Shown: piece after piece, positions 49,166 to 59,346 of the stretch | How positions within the stretch are numbered: position 1 is the first letter of the stretch | Layout: each line of letters starts with the position of its first letter | Assembly (NCBI RefSeq): GCF_036502675.1 | Contig: NZ_DASXYF010000098.1 | Coordinates: 1,118 to 65,117, forward strand | Direction: 5' to 3' | From: Phenylobacterium sp. | GTDB lineage: Bacteria; Pseudomonadota; Alphaproteobacteria; Caulobacterales; Caulobacteraceae | DNA: 64,000 bases | Position numbers and translations under genes: made by a program | Notes under the pieces: model-generated | The model's database searches: none | The model's input: the letters and a program-made list of their open reading frames with translations, nothing else | What the model was told of the DNA's origin: nothing

Positions 49166-50350
49166 TCAGAATGCGTTCTCGCCCGTGATGGCCCGGCCGA
49201 GGATCAAGGCGTGCACGTCGTGCGCGCCTTCGTAGGTGTTGACCGTCTCCAGGTTCGCGGCGTGGCGCATCACATGGTACTCGCCCGAGATGCCGTTGCC
49301 GCCGTGGATGTCGCGGGCTTCCCGGGCGATGGCCAGCGCCTTGCCGCAGTTGTTGCGCTTCATCAGGCTGATGGCCTCCGGCGCCCAGACGCCGGCGTCC
49401 AGCTGGCGGCCCAGGGCCAGCGCGCCTTCGAAGCCGAGCGCGATCTCGGTCTGCATGTCGGCCAGCTTCTTCTGGATCAGCTGCCGGGCGGCCAGCGGCC
49501 GGCCGAACAGGCTGCGGCCGGCCACGTAGTCGCGGCTGGCGTGGAGGCAGAACTCGGCCGCGCCCATGGCGCCCCAGGCGATGCCGTAGCGCGCCTTGTT
49601 CAGGCAGGAGAAGGGCCCGCGCAGGCCCGAGACGTCCGGCAGGATGGCGTCCTCGGAGACGAAGACGTCGTTCAGCGCGATATCGCCGGTGACAGAGGCC
49701 CGCAGGGAGAGCTTGTTGGGGATCTTGGCGGTCGCAAATCCCTCCACGCCCCGGTCGACCAGGAAGCCGCGGATGACGCCCTCCAGCTTGGCCCAGACCA
49801 GGGCGACGTCGGCGACGGGCGAGTTGGTGATCCACATCTTCGCGCCGTTGAGCACATAGCCGCCGGCGGCCTTGCGCGCCGTGGTCCGCATGCCGCCGGG
49901 GTCGGAGCCGCCGTCGGGTTCCGTCAGACCGAAGCAGCCGATGATCTCGCCCCGCGCCATGCCGGGCAGGTAGCGGCGGCGCTGCGCCTCCGAGCCGAAG
50001 GCGTAGATCGGATGCATCACCAGCGAGGACTGCACGCTCATCGCAGAGCGGTAACCGCTGTCGACGGCCTCGATCTCGCGGGTGATCAGGCCGTAGGCCA
50101 CGTGATTGACCCCCGCCCCGCCGTAGGTCTCGGGCAGGGTCGGCCCCAGGAAGCCCAGGGCGCCCATCTCGGTCATGATCTCGCGGTCGAACCGCTCCTC
50201 CGCATAGGCCGAGACGACGCGGGGCAGCAGCCGCTCGCGGGCGTAGGCGCGCGCCGTCTCGCCGATCATCCGCTCCTCGTCCGAGAGCCGGGAGGCCAGG
50301 TCAAGCGGATCGTCCCAGCGGAAGGCGCTGGTTGTCTGGGGGGCGCCCAT
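49166..50350 (-). CDS. gcdH: Glutaryl-CoA dehydrogenase
   Basis: [71 protein letters not shown]. Confidence 0.9.
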   Translation of the reverse strand: MGAPQTTSAFRWDDPLDLASRLSDEERMIGETARAYARERLLPRVVSAYAEERFDREIMTEMGALGFLGPTLPETYGGAGVNHVAYGLITREIEAVDSGYRSAMSVQSSLVMHPIYAFGSEAQRRRYLPGMARGEIIGCFGLTEPDGGSDPGGMRTTARKAAGGYVLNGAKMWITNSPVADVALVWAKLEGVIRGFLVDRGVEGFATAKIPNKLSLRASVTGDIALNDVFVSEDAILPDVSGLRGPFSCLNKARYGIAWGAMGAAEFCLHASRDYVAGRSLFGRPLAARQLIQKKLADMQTEIALGFEGALALGRQLDAGVWAPEAISLMKRNNCGKALAIAREARDIHGGNGISGEYHVMRHAANLETVNTYEGAHDVHALILGRAITGENAF

Positions 50351-50397
50351 GGCCCTTTCCTTTCTGGAGAGTTCCGGAGACTGAGGCGTGAGCGGCG

Positions 50398-51555
50398 TCA
50401 GCCGTCGGGCCCGAAGATGATGGCGCTGTGGCGGGCGGAGACGAAGGCGGTCTCGGCGCCGGGCACCTGGTTGGCGGCGGTTCCGCGGACCTGGCGCACG
50501 CCCTCGAGGATGTTGTTCACCCCATGGATGTAGGCCTCGCCCAGCAAGCCGCCGTTGGTGTTGACCGGCAGCGCGCCGCCCGGGCCGATCTGGCCGTCGG
50601 CGATGAAGTCCTTGGCCTCGCCCGGCTTGCAGAAGCCGTGGCTCTCCAGGCTCATCAGCACCACGGGCGAGAAGTTCTCGTAGATCATCGCCACGTCGAT
50701 GTCGGCAGGCTTGAGGCCGGTGGTGTTCCAGAGCATCTGGCCCTGGGCCTTCATCTCGTCCTGCTCGGCCAGATCGCTCTTGTAGTAGTTGTGCATGATG
50801 AAGCTGCCGCGCGCGTGCGACTGGGTCGCGCCCAGGACACGGACCACGGGCTGCTTCAGGTCGCGGGCGCGTTCCAGGGAGGTCACCACCAGGGCGCAGC
50901 CGCCGTCGCTCTCCTGGCAGCAGTCGAGCTTGCGCAGGATCGGCTCGACGATCCAGCGCGAGGCCTGGTGGTCGTCCAGGGTGATCGGCTGCTGGTAGTA
51001 CCAGGCGCGGGGATTGGTGGCCGCGTACTGGCGGGCCTGGACCACGTAGCGGCCGAGGTCCTCGTTGGTGACCCCGTAGCGCTGCATGTAGACCTGATAC
51101 CAGAGCGCGTAGATCTTCGCCGGGGTGTCGAGCCCGTAGGCGGCGTGGAAATCCGCCCGCCCCGGACTGCCGCCATAGCCGCCGGCCGGGTTCGGCTGGC
51201 CGAAGCGGCGGCCCGAACGCTCGTTGAAGGCGCGGTAGACCAGCACGGCTTTGGCCGCCCCGGACGCCACCGCCGACGCAGCCAGCTGCACCGTCGCATT
51301 GGCCCCAGCCCCGCCGAACGGCGTCCGCGCCGCCCAGCCCAGGTGGGTCACCCCCAGCGAACGCATCAGCTCCAGCTCATCGTTGGAATCCATGGCGAAG
51401 GTCACCATGCCGTCGATGTCCGAGGGGCTGAGGCCCGCGTCGCGGATGGCCGCGAGGCTAGCCTCGGCGGCGAGGCGCAGCTCGCTGCGGCCGGAGTCCT
51501 TGGAGTAGTCCGTCTCGCCAATGCCGGCGACGGCGGTCCGGTTCAGATTGCCCAT
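50398..51555 (-). CDS. Ltp2-like thiolase-fold protein (lipid-transfer protein/steroid side-chain aldolase family)
   Basis: [63 protein letters not shown]. Confidence 0.87.
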   Translation of the reverse strand: MGNLNRTAVAGIGETDYSKDSGRSELRLAAEASLAAIRDAGLSPSDIDGMVTFAMDSNDELELMRSLGVTHLGWAARTPFGGAGANATVQLAASAVASGAAKAVLVYRAFNERSGRRFGQPNPAGGYGGSPGRADFHAAYGLDTPAKIYALWYQVYMQRYGVTNEDLGRYVVQARQYAATNPRAWYYQQPITLDDHQASRWIVEPILRKLDCCQESDGGCALVVTSLERARDLKQPVVRVLGATQSHARGSFIMHNYYKSDLAEQDEMKAQGQMLWNTTGLKPADIDVAMIYENFSPVVLMSLESHGFCKPGEAKDFIADGQIGPGGALPVNTNGGLLGEAYIHGVNNILEGVRQVRGTAANQVPGAETAFVSARHSAIIFGPDG

Positions 51556-51880
51556 GTCACGCCGCCCGCCTCTGGACCAACAGCTCGTCCCCCACTATCG
51601 GCTCGGCTTTGACTCAGCATGCCCGCCCGTTTAACACGAAGTCGAGAGTCGGACGACAACTTACTTTCCGATCCACATACTTGCAACTCAGCATAAAATA
51701 GTGATGACGTCACAATGTATTACCCGTTATTATCGAGGTCAAATACTCAGCGAATGCGTCGAAGTTCTCTGTAAAATAAGATGGCGCCTGCGCGCGTCCA
51801 CGCCAAATTGTTACATCTTTTGCTGCCAATTATGACCCATGGAGGAGCGGCGGCGCCGAGCGGACCGCTTGCGCCTCCAC

Positions 51881-52105
51881 CTACGGGGCTTGCCTGGAGC
51901 GCTGGCGACACCGCGCCCAGCGGCCCAAGGTTTCGCGCATCTTCCCCGCCGCCGCGGCCCCGCCCTTGAGCAGGGTGGTCGAGCCCACGTCCGAGGCGCG
52001 GAAGCGCCCGTACCCGCGGCGGGTATGGAACTTCCAGCCCGCCCGCGTGCGGATGAAGGTGTCCTTGGCGTCGAAATAGGCGGCGAGCGCCCCCTTGCCG
52101 GTGAG
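51881..52105 (-). pseudogene. Possible internally deleted NTF2/SnoaL-family remnant
   Basis: Startless frame LTGKGALAAYFDA-KDTFIRTRAGWKFHTRR with GC-rich third positions; in-frame TAG directly upstream. Confidence 0.35.
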
Positions 52106-52110
52106 CTAAA

Positions 52111-53127
52111 TTAGTCCGACGACGCTTCCACGAGCGATCGACGGTACTCTTTCACACCCATTCCAGACCAGCTTCGTATGGCTCGACTGAGCCCATTCGG
52201 GTCGGAAAATCCCGCCCTGGCCGCGACCTCGCTCAGGGGCGCGCCGTCCTTGCCCATATAACGCCGCGTCAGGTCCCTGCGCACTTGCGCCTTCAACGCC
52301 CGGTAGCTGGTGTTTTCAGCCTGCAGGCGACGGCGCAGGGTCTGATCGCATACCCCATGTTCACGCGCGATCTCCTGGAGGGTCGGCAGGGCGCCGGTCT
52401 TTTCAAGGCGGTCCTTCAGCGAGGCCGTCACCAGCGTTCGACAGCTTCTGACAATATCCGGGGTGCTGAGCGAGATGACATTCCGTCTATGCATAGCCGC
52501 GACGTCGGCAGAAGTGCGGACAACCAGCCTTTTTAAGACAGATTTATTGAAAGTGATTTTCGCAGAGTTGCTTTGGAAGCAACAGTTTGATCCAAAAGAT
52601 GCATAGTATTCTTGATCTGCAATCGCGGCATGTGGGAAGTCTGCGCGTAATAGTTCAATTTCCGAGCCGACCAGCCACTGCGCGATGAAATGCCAAAGCC
52701 AGAGCCACCATTCAAAGAGGAATTCCCGCCGACGCACGTGACAGCCAGGCAATTCCATTCTGATGATGGCCACGTCGCCTTCGACGTCGAGATGAAATTC
52801 CACGTCCTGCGTAATCAAGGAATACAGTCTGTACGCAAAATGCAGGGCGTCTTCGAGCGTATTACAGAGGGTCGAGACGTCGCAGATGTATCGAAACGTG
52901 CCTACCGGCGCCTGCGAGTCGCCAAGCAGGCCCCAGAATTCGTCCCCAAGCGCCTGCTTTAGTCTGACTGACGCCGATAAGAGGTGACGGCCGCTCCACT
53001 TTGGCTTCCGGCCCTGTGTCGAAAACACCGGCTCGTCGCCAAAGATCGCACCGAGATCCAGGCCGTTCTCCCGCGCCGTCTCCAGCAGGATCTCCGTGTA
53101 CCGGCTGACCGGGCCCATGGGCTTCAT
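52111..53127 (-). CDS. AraC-family regulator (OruR/VirS-like ligand domain)
   Basis: DEFWGL, FPH, IAREHGV..TLRRRLQAENTSY, EVAARAGFSDPN..RAIRSW; visibly AT-richer. Confidence 0.9.
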   Translation of the reverse strand: MKPMGPVSRYTEILLETARENGLDLGAIFGDEPVFSTQGRKPKWSGRHLLSASVRLKQALGDEFWGLLGDSQAPVGTFRYICDVSTLCNTLEDALHFAYRLYSLITQDVEFHLDVEGDVAIIRMELPGCHVRRREFLFEWWLWLWHFIAQWLVGSEIELLRADFPHAAIADQEYYASFGSNCCFQSNSAKITFNKSVLKRLVVRTSADVAAMHRRNVISLSTPDIVRSCRTLVTASLKDRLEKTGALPTLQEIAREHGVCDQTLRRRLQAENTSYRALKAQVRRDLTRRYMGKDGAPLSEVAARAGFSDPNGLSRAIRSWSGMGVKEYRRSLVEASSD

Positions 53128-53707
53128 GAACGGGATCTCCGCAACGCGCTCACTCGGAGGCGCCGGCTTCGCGCCGCGGCTCCCTGTCGCCGCTGCCGAG
53201 GCGAGGCGCGACGATGCGCTTCGAAACTTCGACCGCCTTCACGCCGTCCGGAAAGTCATAAACCAGCGGTAACCCCAGGAATCTTGGACATCTCCGCCAA
53301 AAAGGCGGCCGGCCGATGCTGATGATTCAGCATCGGCCGCTGTCTGTCAGGAATTTTAGACGGCGAGCCGCCGGTCTTCCATCCCCATCTGGGTACGGAA
53401 AGGCGTCGCCGTTCCCGGTCGGAAGCGATTGCTTCGGGATACTTCAGGACGGCCTGACGAAGGCGGCCACGGCGCACGCCACCGTAGTCGTCAGACGGGG
53501 TCGCCACGGGCGGGCCGCCATCCTGGGAACGTTCGTGCAGACGCGACCAGGAGATTCTCGCGTTTGTTGCGCCGACGCGCCCAGCGCATGCTAATCCTGC
53601 CAGGTCAGACCCGCTTGGCGAAAGCTCATCTTACGTCTGCGGAACGAGCTCAAGAACAGCACGCCGCCTGGCCGAAATCCCACCCCCAACCGCTAACAGG
53701 ACCGCCC

Positions 53708-54808
53708 ATGCAGATCACCGCCGCTCTCGCCCGCGCGCCCGGTGCGGATTTCACCCTTGAAACGGTCGACCTCGAGGATCTCAGACCGGATGAGATCCGG
53801 GTGCGGATCGCTGCGGTCGGCATCTGCCACACCGACCTTGTCGCCCGCAAAGGCGGCATAGGCTTCTCCTTTCCGGCGGTGCTGGGCCACGAAGGCGCTG
53901 GGGTGGTCGATGCGGTGGGCGCGGCGGTCACCGCCGTCGCGTCAGGCGACCGGGTGGCCGTCACCTTCCGCTCATGCGGCGACTGCAATCGATGCCGGGG
54001 CGGCGATCCGGCCTATTGTCATTCCATGCATCTCCTCAACTTCGCCGGCGCGCGGCCCGACGGGTCAAAGGCGTTGAGCCAGGACGGAACGCCCGTCTCG
54101 TCCAACTTCTTCGGCCAGTCGTCGTTCGCAACCTACGCGATCACCTACGAGCGCAATGTGCTGAAGCTCCCGGACGACATGCCCTTCCACCTCGCCGCGC
54201 CTCTCGGGTGCGGCGTGCAGACCGGGGCCGGGGGGGTGATGCTGGCGCTGGCGGCCAAGGCGGGTTCGTCGATCCTGATCCTGGGCGGCGGAACCGTCGG
54301 CCTCGCCGCGGTGATGGGAGCGGCGATCCAGGCCTGCAGCCAGATCATCGTCGTAGAGCCGCACGCCGCGCGCCGGGCCCTGGCGTTGGAGCTGGGCGCC
54401 ACCCACGCGATCGATCCTGCGGCCGAGGTGGAGCTTTCCGCCGCGATCCGCGCGATTGAACCCCACGGCGTCGACTACGCCCTCGACACCACGGGACGGC
54501 CGGAGATCCTGGCCGCCGCCATGCAGTCCCTGGGCTCGAAAGGTGCGCTCGCCATTGTCGGCGTGCCGCCCGCGGACGCGCCCGTGCCGGGCGATCTCCG
54601 GACATTGCTGATGATGGGCCAAACCGTGCGGGGCGTCATCGAGGGCGACAGCGAGCCGGCGGTCTTTCTGCCGCAGCTGATCGAGCATTGGCGTGCGGGC
54701 CGCCTGCCCCTGGAAAAGCTGGTCAGGACCTTTCCCCTCGCTGCGATCAACGAGGCCGTCGCGGCCCAGCACCGCGGCGATTGCGTCAAGGTGGTGCTGA
54801 CCACCTGA
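53708..54808 (+). CDS. Zn-dependent aryl/terpene alcohol dehydrogenase
   Basis: GICHTD, VLGHEGAG, SCGDCNRC..C, FFGQSSFA, APLGCGVQTGAG, GGGTVG, IEGDS. Confidence 0.92.
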   Translation: MQITAALARAPGADFTLETVDLEDLRPDEIRVRIAAVGICHTDLVARKGGIGFSFPAVLGHEGAGVVDAVGAAVTAVASGDRVAVTFRSCGDCNRCRGGDPAYCHSMHLLNFAGARPDGSKALSQDGTPVSSNFFGQSSFATYAITYERNVLKLPDDMPFHLAAPLGCGVQTGAGGVMLALAAKAGSSILILGGGTVGLAAVMGAAIQACSQIIVVEPHAARRALALELGATHAIDPAAEVELSAAIRAIEPHGVDYALDTTGRPEILAAAMQSLGSKGALAIVGVPPADAPVPGDLRTLLMMGQTVRGVIEGDSEPAVFLPQLIEHWRAGRLPLEKLVRTFPLAAINEAVAAQHRGDCVKVVLTT

Positions 54809-54900
54809 CATGCAGATACGGGATCAACCCGTTGGCGGCGCCGAGCTTGGGCGCCATTCCGCCGGGCCCCGCCAAGGCGGCCCGGATGGTGGATCCGGGA

Positions 54901-56172
54901 CTACGTCATCTTGTATTTGATCGGCACAGTCTTGGGACCGCAGACGAAGTTGGCCACGCTCAAGGTCGGAGATCCATCGAGCTCCACCTCGTCCAACCGC
55001 TTCAGGAGTTCTTCCCAGAAGATGCGCATCTCCATCCGGCCCAGATGCTGCCCCAGGCAAACGTGGGCGCCGTGGCCGAACGCAAGATGCCGGTTGGGGG
55101 TCCGTTCGACATCGTAGCGGAACGGGTCGTCGAAGACCGCCTCGTCCCGGTTGGCCGAGGGATAGCAGAGCATCAGCCATTCGCCCTTGGCGATCTTGCG
55201 CCCGCCCAGTTCGGCGTCCCGCGTCGCGCCGCGCATGAAGTGCTTTACAGAAGTGGCCCACCGGATCGACTCCTCCACATGGCCGGGAATCAGCGACGGG
55301 TCCGCCTTCAGCCTTTGCAGCAGTTCCGGACGCTCGGCCAAGGCCCACAGCGCGGAAGCGGTGGTGTTGGAGGTGGTGTCATGCCCCGCGGTCGCGGTGA
55401 TGATGTAATAGCCCATGGCTTCGGCGTGGCCGATCGGCTTGCCGTCGATCTGGCCGTTGGCGATGGCCGAAGCCACGTCCTCCAGGGGCTTTCGACGCCG
55501 GTCTTCCGTCATGGTGTTGAAGTAGGAGATGAACTGCATCATCGCCTGGCGCAGGTTTTTCGCAGCGTCCTCGGCGCTGAGGACGGCCTGGCCGGAGGCG
55601 TTCATGTCGGGATCGCTGGGGCCGAACACCTCCTGCGTGAGCTTCAGCATGAGCGCCTCGTCAACCGGCGGCACGCCCAGGATTTCCATGATGACGCGCA
55701 ACGGATAGAGCAGCGCGACATCGCGGGCGAAGTCGCAACGGCCGCCATACGCGGACATGCTGTCGATGGAGGTTCGCGCGATCTCCCGGATCCGGGGCTC
55801 CAGCCCGCGCAGGTTCTGAGGCACGAACCAGCCCTGGGTCAGGCGGCGGTAGGCCAGGTGCTCCGGGCCGTCCATCTGCACCATCGAGCGGATCATCGAA
55901 GCGGTTTCCGGCGACCGCTCCATGGTTTCGCGCGCCGCCTGCGTCTGCAGCGTTACAGGCCTGCCGCCGCTGTTGAACAGATCGTTCTGACGCTCCACTT
56001 CCATGATGTCCGCGTGCCGGGTCACCACCCAGAACGGGTCGTATCCCTCGGGCTCCGCCTGCTCCAGGGGCGCCTCCCGGCGCAGCCAGGTGAACGCCTC
56101 GTCGATGCGACCGCCGTCGGCGTAAGCCTTGGGGTCGACGATGGTGTTGGCCACACTCTGGGGGATACTCAC
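54901..56172 (-). CDS. Cytochrome P450, CYP108 (P450terp)-like
   Basis: DPKAYAD, EGYDPFWVVTRHAD, YYIITATAGHDTT, EESIRW..VKHFMR, YPSANRDE, FGHGAHVCLG. Confidence 0.9.
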   Translation of the reverse strand: MSIPQSVANTIVDPKAYADGGRIDEAFTWLRREAPLEQAEPEGYDPFWVVTRHADIMEVERQNDLFNSGGRPVTLQTQAARETMERSPETASMIRSMVQMDGPEHLAYRRLTQGWFVPQNLRGLEPRIREIARTSIDSMSAYGGRCDFARDVALLYPLRVIMEILGVPPVDEALMLKLTQEVFGPSDPDMNASGQAVLSAEDAAKNLRQAMMQFISYFNTMTEDRRRKPLEDVASAIANGQIDGKPIGHAEAMGYYIITATAGHDTTSNTTASALWALAERPELLQRLKADPSLIPGHVEESIRWATSVKHFMRGATRDAELGGRKIAKGEWLMLCYPSANRDEAVFDDPFRYDVERTPNRHLAFGHGAHVCLGQHLGRMEMRIFWEELLKRLDEVELDGSPTLSVANFVCGPKTVPIKYKMT

Positions 56173-56223
56173 AGGAACCTCTTTGGCGCTGGGCGACGGC
56201 GTAAAATCGGTAGCACCAGCTTG

Positions 56224-56239
56224 TTTGTCGTCCAACAAA
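56224..56239. promoter_or_regulatory. Candidate TetR operator
   Basis: TTTGTCGTCCAACAAA imperfect palindrome between the divergent P450 and TetR genes. Confidence 0.55.
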
Positions 56240-56255
56240 TAAATAGGCTGGGATC

Positions 56256-56906
56256 GTGACGGCGCCGACCTGCAGATCAATCTCTCCCCGCCGCTCGCAG
56301 GCAAAGCGTCGGGGCGACTCCGAGCAGGGGCTGCTCAAGGCCGCCATAGCCGTGATGGGCGATAAGGGCGTCGGGGCCCTGACGTTCGACGAAGTGGGAC
56401 GTGCGGGCGGCTTCAGCCGGGGCCTGGCGAGTCAGCGCTTCGGCTCCAAGCGGGGCCTGATCGAGGCGGTCCTGGCGCATCTTTATCAGCGCCAGGAAGC
56501 CAAGCTGGCCAAGATGGGGATCGACCACCTTCCAGGCCTGGACGCGATGCTGGCCTATGTCGATTTCTGCCTCCGCGACCTGTCGCTGAAAGGCGAGGCC
56601 CAGGCCTATCTGCGGCTGCTGTCCTCCGCCGTCGCGGACGCCAGCGAGCTGCGTTCTCCCTTCGCCGCCCAGCACGCGCTCGTGGAGCGCCGCCTGGAAG
56701 CCTGGGTCCGGAAAGGCCAGGACGAGGGCGCGATACGTCCGGAGATCGCCCCGGAGGCGGCCGCCATGATGATCGGCTGCCTGGTGTTCGGCCTATCCAT
56801 GCAGTGGCTGGTCGACCCGGAGACCGACGTCGACGCGATCCGCGAGACAAGCCTGGCGACGTTGCGCCTCAGTTTCGGCGTGGACGATCGCCGTCCGGGC
56901 GCCTGA
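56256..56906 (+). CDS. TetR-family regulator
   Basis: LLKAA..G..LTFDEVGRAGGFSRGLASQRFGSKRGL HTH, GQDEGAIR. Confidence 0.9.
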   Translation: MTAPTCRSISPRRSQAKRRGDSEQGLLKAAIAVMGDKGVGALTFDEVGRAGGFSRGLASQRFGSKRGLIEAVLAHLYQRQEAKLAKMGIDHLPGLDAMLAYVDFCLRDLSLKGEAQAYLRLLSSAVADASELRSPFAAQHALVERRLEAWVRKGQDEGAIRPEIAPEAAAMMIGCLVFGLSMQWLVDPETDVDAIRETSLATLRLSFGVDDRRPGA

Positions 56907-56947
56907 CGGCGAGGCGGCCCAAGGCGCCGACAGGGCGGAAGCCGGAG

Positions 56948-57640
56948 TTACAACCTGTCGATCAGCCGCCTGGCCGCCTCCGCCGCGGAACGCGCCGCCG
57001 CGTCCAGGTTGGCGAAGAACGCAGCCGCGCTCTCGCCGTCCGCGCCGTCCGTCGTCGCCTTGATCGCCACCCAGCCTATGCCGAGCAGCGCCGCCGCCTG
57101 GGCGACGGCGGCGGTCTCCATGTCGACCAGGGTCGCGGACAGGCCGTCACGAACCTTGCCCGCATGGATGTCGCACTCGATGAAAAGATCGCTGGTGGCG
57201 ATCCGCGCGGACGGCAGGTCCGGCATCGAAACCTCGAAAGCCCGGAAGGCCTGCACGTCCGCCGGCCCGACCGGCATCGCGCCCGGCATGTAACGCACCA
57301 GCCCATCCGCGCGCTGCGCGCCGTAGTCGGCCTGAACGGCTTCGACCACGTTGAACAGGTCGCCGTCGACGGCGCCGATCTTTCCCGCCGTGCCGACCAC
57401 CATCAGCAGGTCGACCGAATGACGCGCGTGGAGCGTGGCCGCCGCCGTGGCGGCCGCCACCTTCCCGATGCCGGCGCAGAGCATATAGACTTCCTTGCCG
57501 GCGTAGGCGGCCTGCTGAACGGCCAGCGCGCCGGCTCCAAGCGACCTGCGGGGCCGGCCGGGCAGGAAGACAGCGAGCTCGTTCGCCACGCCCGATATGA
57601 CCCCGATCCGTTTGATCGGCGTTGCGGCGGTCATCAGCAT
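56948..57640 (-). CDS. mtnN: 5'-methylthioadenosine/SAH nucleosidase
   Basis: GIGKVAAA, GTAG, QADYG, IATSDLFI, DMETAAVAQ, KATTDGAD. Confidence 0.85.
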   Translation of the reverse strand: MLMTAATPIKRIGVISGVANELAVFLPGRPRRSLGAGALAVQQAAYAGKEVYMLCAGIGKVAAATAAATLHARHSVDLLMVVGTAGKIGAVDGDLFNVVEAVQADYGAQRADGLVRYMPGAMPVGPADVQAFRAFEVSMPDLPSARIATSDLFIECDIHAGKVRDGLSATLVDMETAAVAQAAALLGIGWVAIKATTDGADGESAAAFFANLDAAARSAAEAARRLIDRL

Positions 57641-57653
57641 CCTCGGCTGTCGC

Positions 57654-58316
57654 CTATTCGAAATAGATGAACTCGTAGTCGCCGGTATATCCGGTCAGAC
57701 GGAAATCGGCCTCCCACTCAGCGGGCGTGTGGAAGATGCGGCAGGTGAGCTGCCAGTACATCAGGTTCATCTTCTCGCGCTCGTTGCGATAGGCCTCGAC
57801 GCACAAAAACTTCGCGCTTTTCGAGACCCGCTGCATCTCGCGCAGGGCGTCCCAGAGATCGAAGTTGTAGAGGTTGTGCAGGGTGGTGATGGAGATCACC
57901 AGGTCGAAGTGGCCGTCGGGCCAGGGAAGGCGCGCTGCGGCGCCCTGGCGGATGAAGGGCTTCACCGTCTCCAGCGTGTGGTCGATGGCGTACCGGGAAT
58001 ATTCCAGGCCCGCGACCTCCAGACCCGGCAGGGCCTCGGCGAGGTCGTGCAGCAGGAATCCCTTGCCGGAGCCCACGTCCAGCACCCGCATGCCCGGTTT
58101 CAGGCCGTAGGCGGCGATCATGGCGTCGGCCACCTTGCGCCAGCGGCCGTCGTAGCGGTAGCCGCCGTAGCCGTGCAGGCGATCGCCGTCCCAGTAATCC
58201 TTGTCGTAGCGGATCGCGACCTCGGCCACGGAGGCCTTGTCGACCTCGTTGACCCGCTGCAGGTAGTCGCGCTGGGTCGACTTGTGGACCAGGCTGACGA
58301 ATTCTCGGTGGGCCAA
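57654..58316 (-). CDS. Class I SAM-dependent methyltransferase
   Basis: DYWDGDR.HGYGGYRYDGRW, VLDVGSGKG, LPWPDGHFDLV. TTG start is inferred. Confidence 0.88.
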   Translation of the reverse strand: MAHREFVSLVHKSTQRDYLQRVNEVDKASVAEVAIRYDKDYWDGDRLHGYGGYRYDGRWRKVADAMIAAYGLKPGMRVLDVGSGKGFLLHDLAEALPGLEVAGLEYSRYAIDHTLETVKPFIRQGAAARLPWPDGHFDLVISITTLHNLYNFDLWDALREMQRVSKSAKFLCVEAYRNEREKMNLMYWQLTCRIFHTPAEWEADFRLTGYTGDYEFIYFE

Positions 58317-58332
58317 CGAATCTACTCCATCT

Positions 58333-59346
58333 TCAGGGCTGAGTTTCGACCAGATCGACGATCGATCGCGCCCGTGCAAGTTGCGCCTCGCAGCGCTCCG
58401 CCGTCCGGCGCTGGTCGGCGAAGGCCCGACGGTCGGCGCCGAGCGGCAAGAAGTCGTTGAGCACGATGCACGCCCACTTGAGCCGATAGGCGTCGAGGAG
58501 GAGGCGGCATCGCGCCGCGTCGTCGCCAGTGACGAGGCCATTGACGAAGCGGTCGAATTCCGTGATCGGCGGCGGGACCTCGGGACAACAGAAGAAGTCG
58601 CAGGCGAGCTTGGCGGGATCGTCCCGGCCGGCGTATTCGAAGTCGATGAAGGTGACGGCGTCGCCATCCACGAGTGCGTTGTGGAAGCCGAAGTCGGATG
58701 GCGAGGCGATCACCGTTCCTGGCGCAGGCGGCGCGTCCAAGGACATCCCGAGCCTTTCCGCGTCCTGTTCGATCCGCCGGCGGACCACGGCCCAGCTCGG
58801 CCAGAGGTCCTCTTGGACGAACGCGCGGGCGGCGACTTGCGCCGGTGCGGCGGGGTCGAGGTTTCCAAGCCGGTTGATCCGGCGCTCGACGGTCGTCAGG
58901 TGCTGGGCGAGGCTGAAGCAGGCCTCGGAGCCCTCCGGCAGGTGGGCAATGGTTCCGGGAACGTTGATGCGCCGAACGAAGTCGAGGGCCGCATCGACAT
59001 GGCGTGGCTCGATCTCGTCGGCCGAGAGCTTGCGGCCGGGCGCATAGCTGTAGAGGGCGGCGTGGGCGCCCGGGTCGAAAGCCAGGGGCTCCGGGGCCGA
59101 AAGGACGCCCTGGCCGCGGACGTGGACCAGGAAGCCCCACTCGTGGGCCAGCCGGTCGCGAGGATCGCGCGGATCGGAATGGTAGACCTTCAGGACGAAG
59201 TGGCTCGCGTCGTCCGCACGGACCAGGAACACCCGGTTGTTTCGCCCGCCCGAAAGCGGCTCCAAGGCCTGCGGTGGAGGCCGGCCGGCGTCAACGGCGA
59301 GCCGCCGGGCGATCTTCAGAAAGCCGACGAGGCGATCGTCCTTCAT
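58333..59346 (-). CDS. APH/choline-kinase-like phosphotransferase
   Basis: GGRNNRV, LKVY, SPSDFGFHN, FIDFEYAGRDDP. Confidence 0.82.
   Translation of the reverse strand: MKDDRLVGFLKIARRLAVDAGRPPPQALEPLSGGRNNRVFLVRADDASHFVLKVYHSDPRDPRDRLAHEWGFLVHVRGQGVLSAPEPLAFDPGAHAALYSYAPGRKLSADEIEPRHVDAALDFVRRINVPGTIAHLPEGSEACFSLAQHLTTVERRINRLGNLDPAAPAQVAARAFVQEDLWPSWAVVRRRIEQDAERLGMSLDAPPAPGTVIASPSDFGFHNALVDGDAVTFIDFEYAGRDDPAKLACDFFCCPEVPPPITEFDRFVNGLVTGDDAARCRLLLDAYRLKWACIVLNDFLPLGADRRAFADQRRTAERCEAQLARARSIVDLVETQP

Noticed and set aside
53130-53700. Short ORFs between araC and the alcohol dehydrogenase
   Set aside because: No motifs or clear RBS; probably divergent promoter or degenerate DNA.
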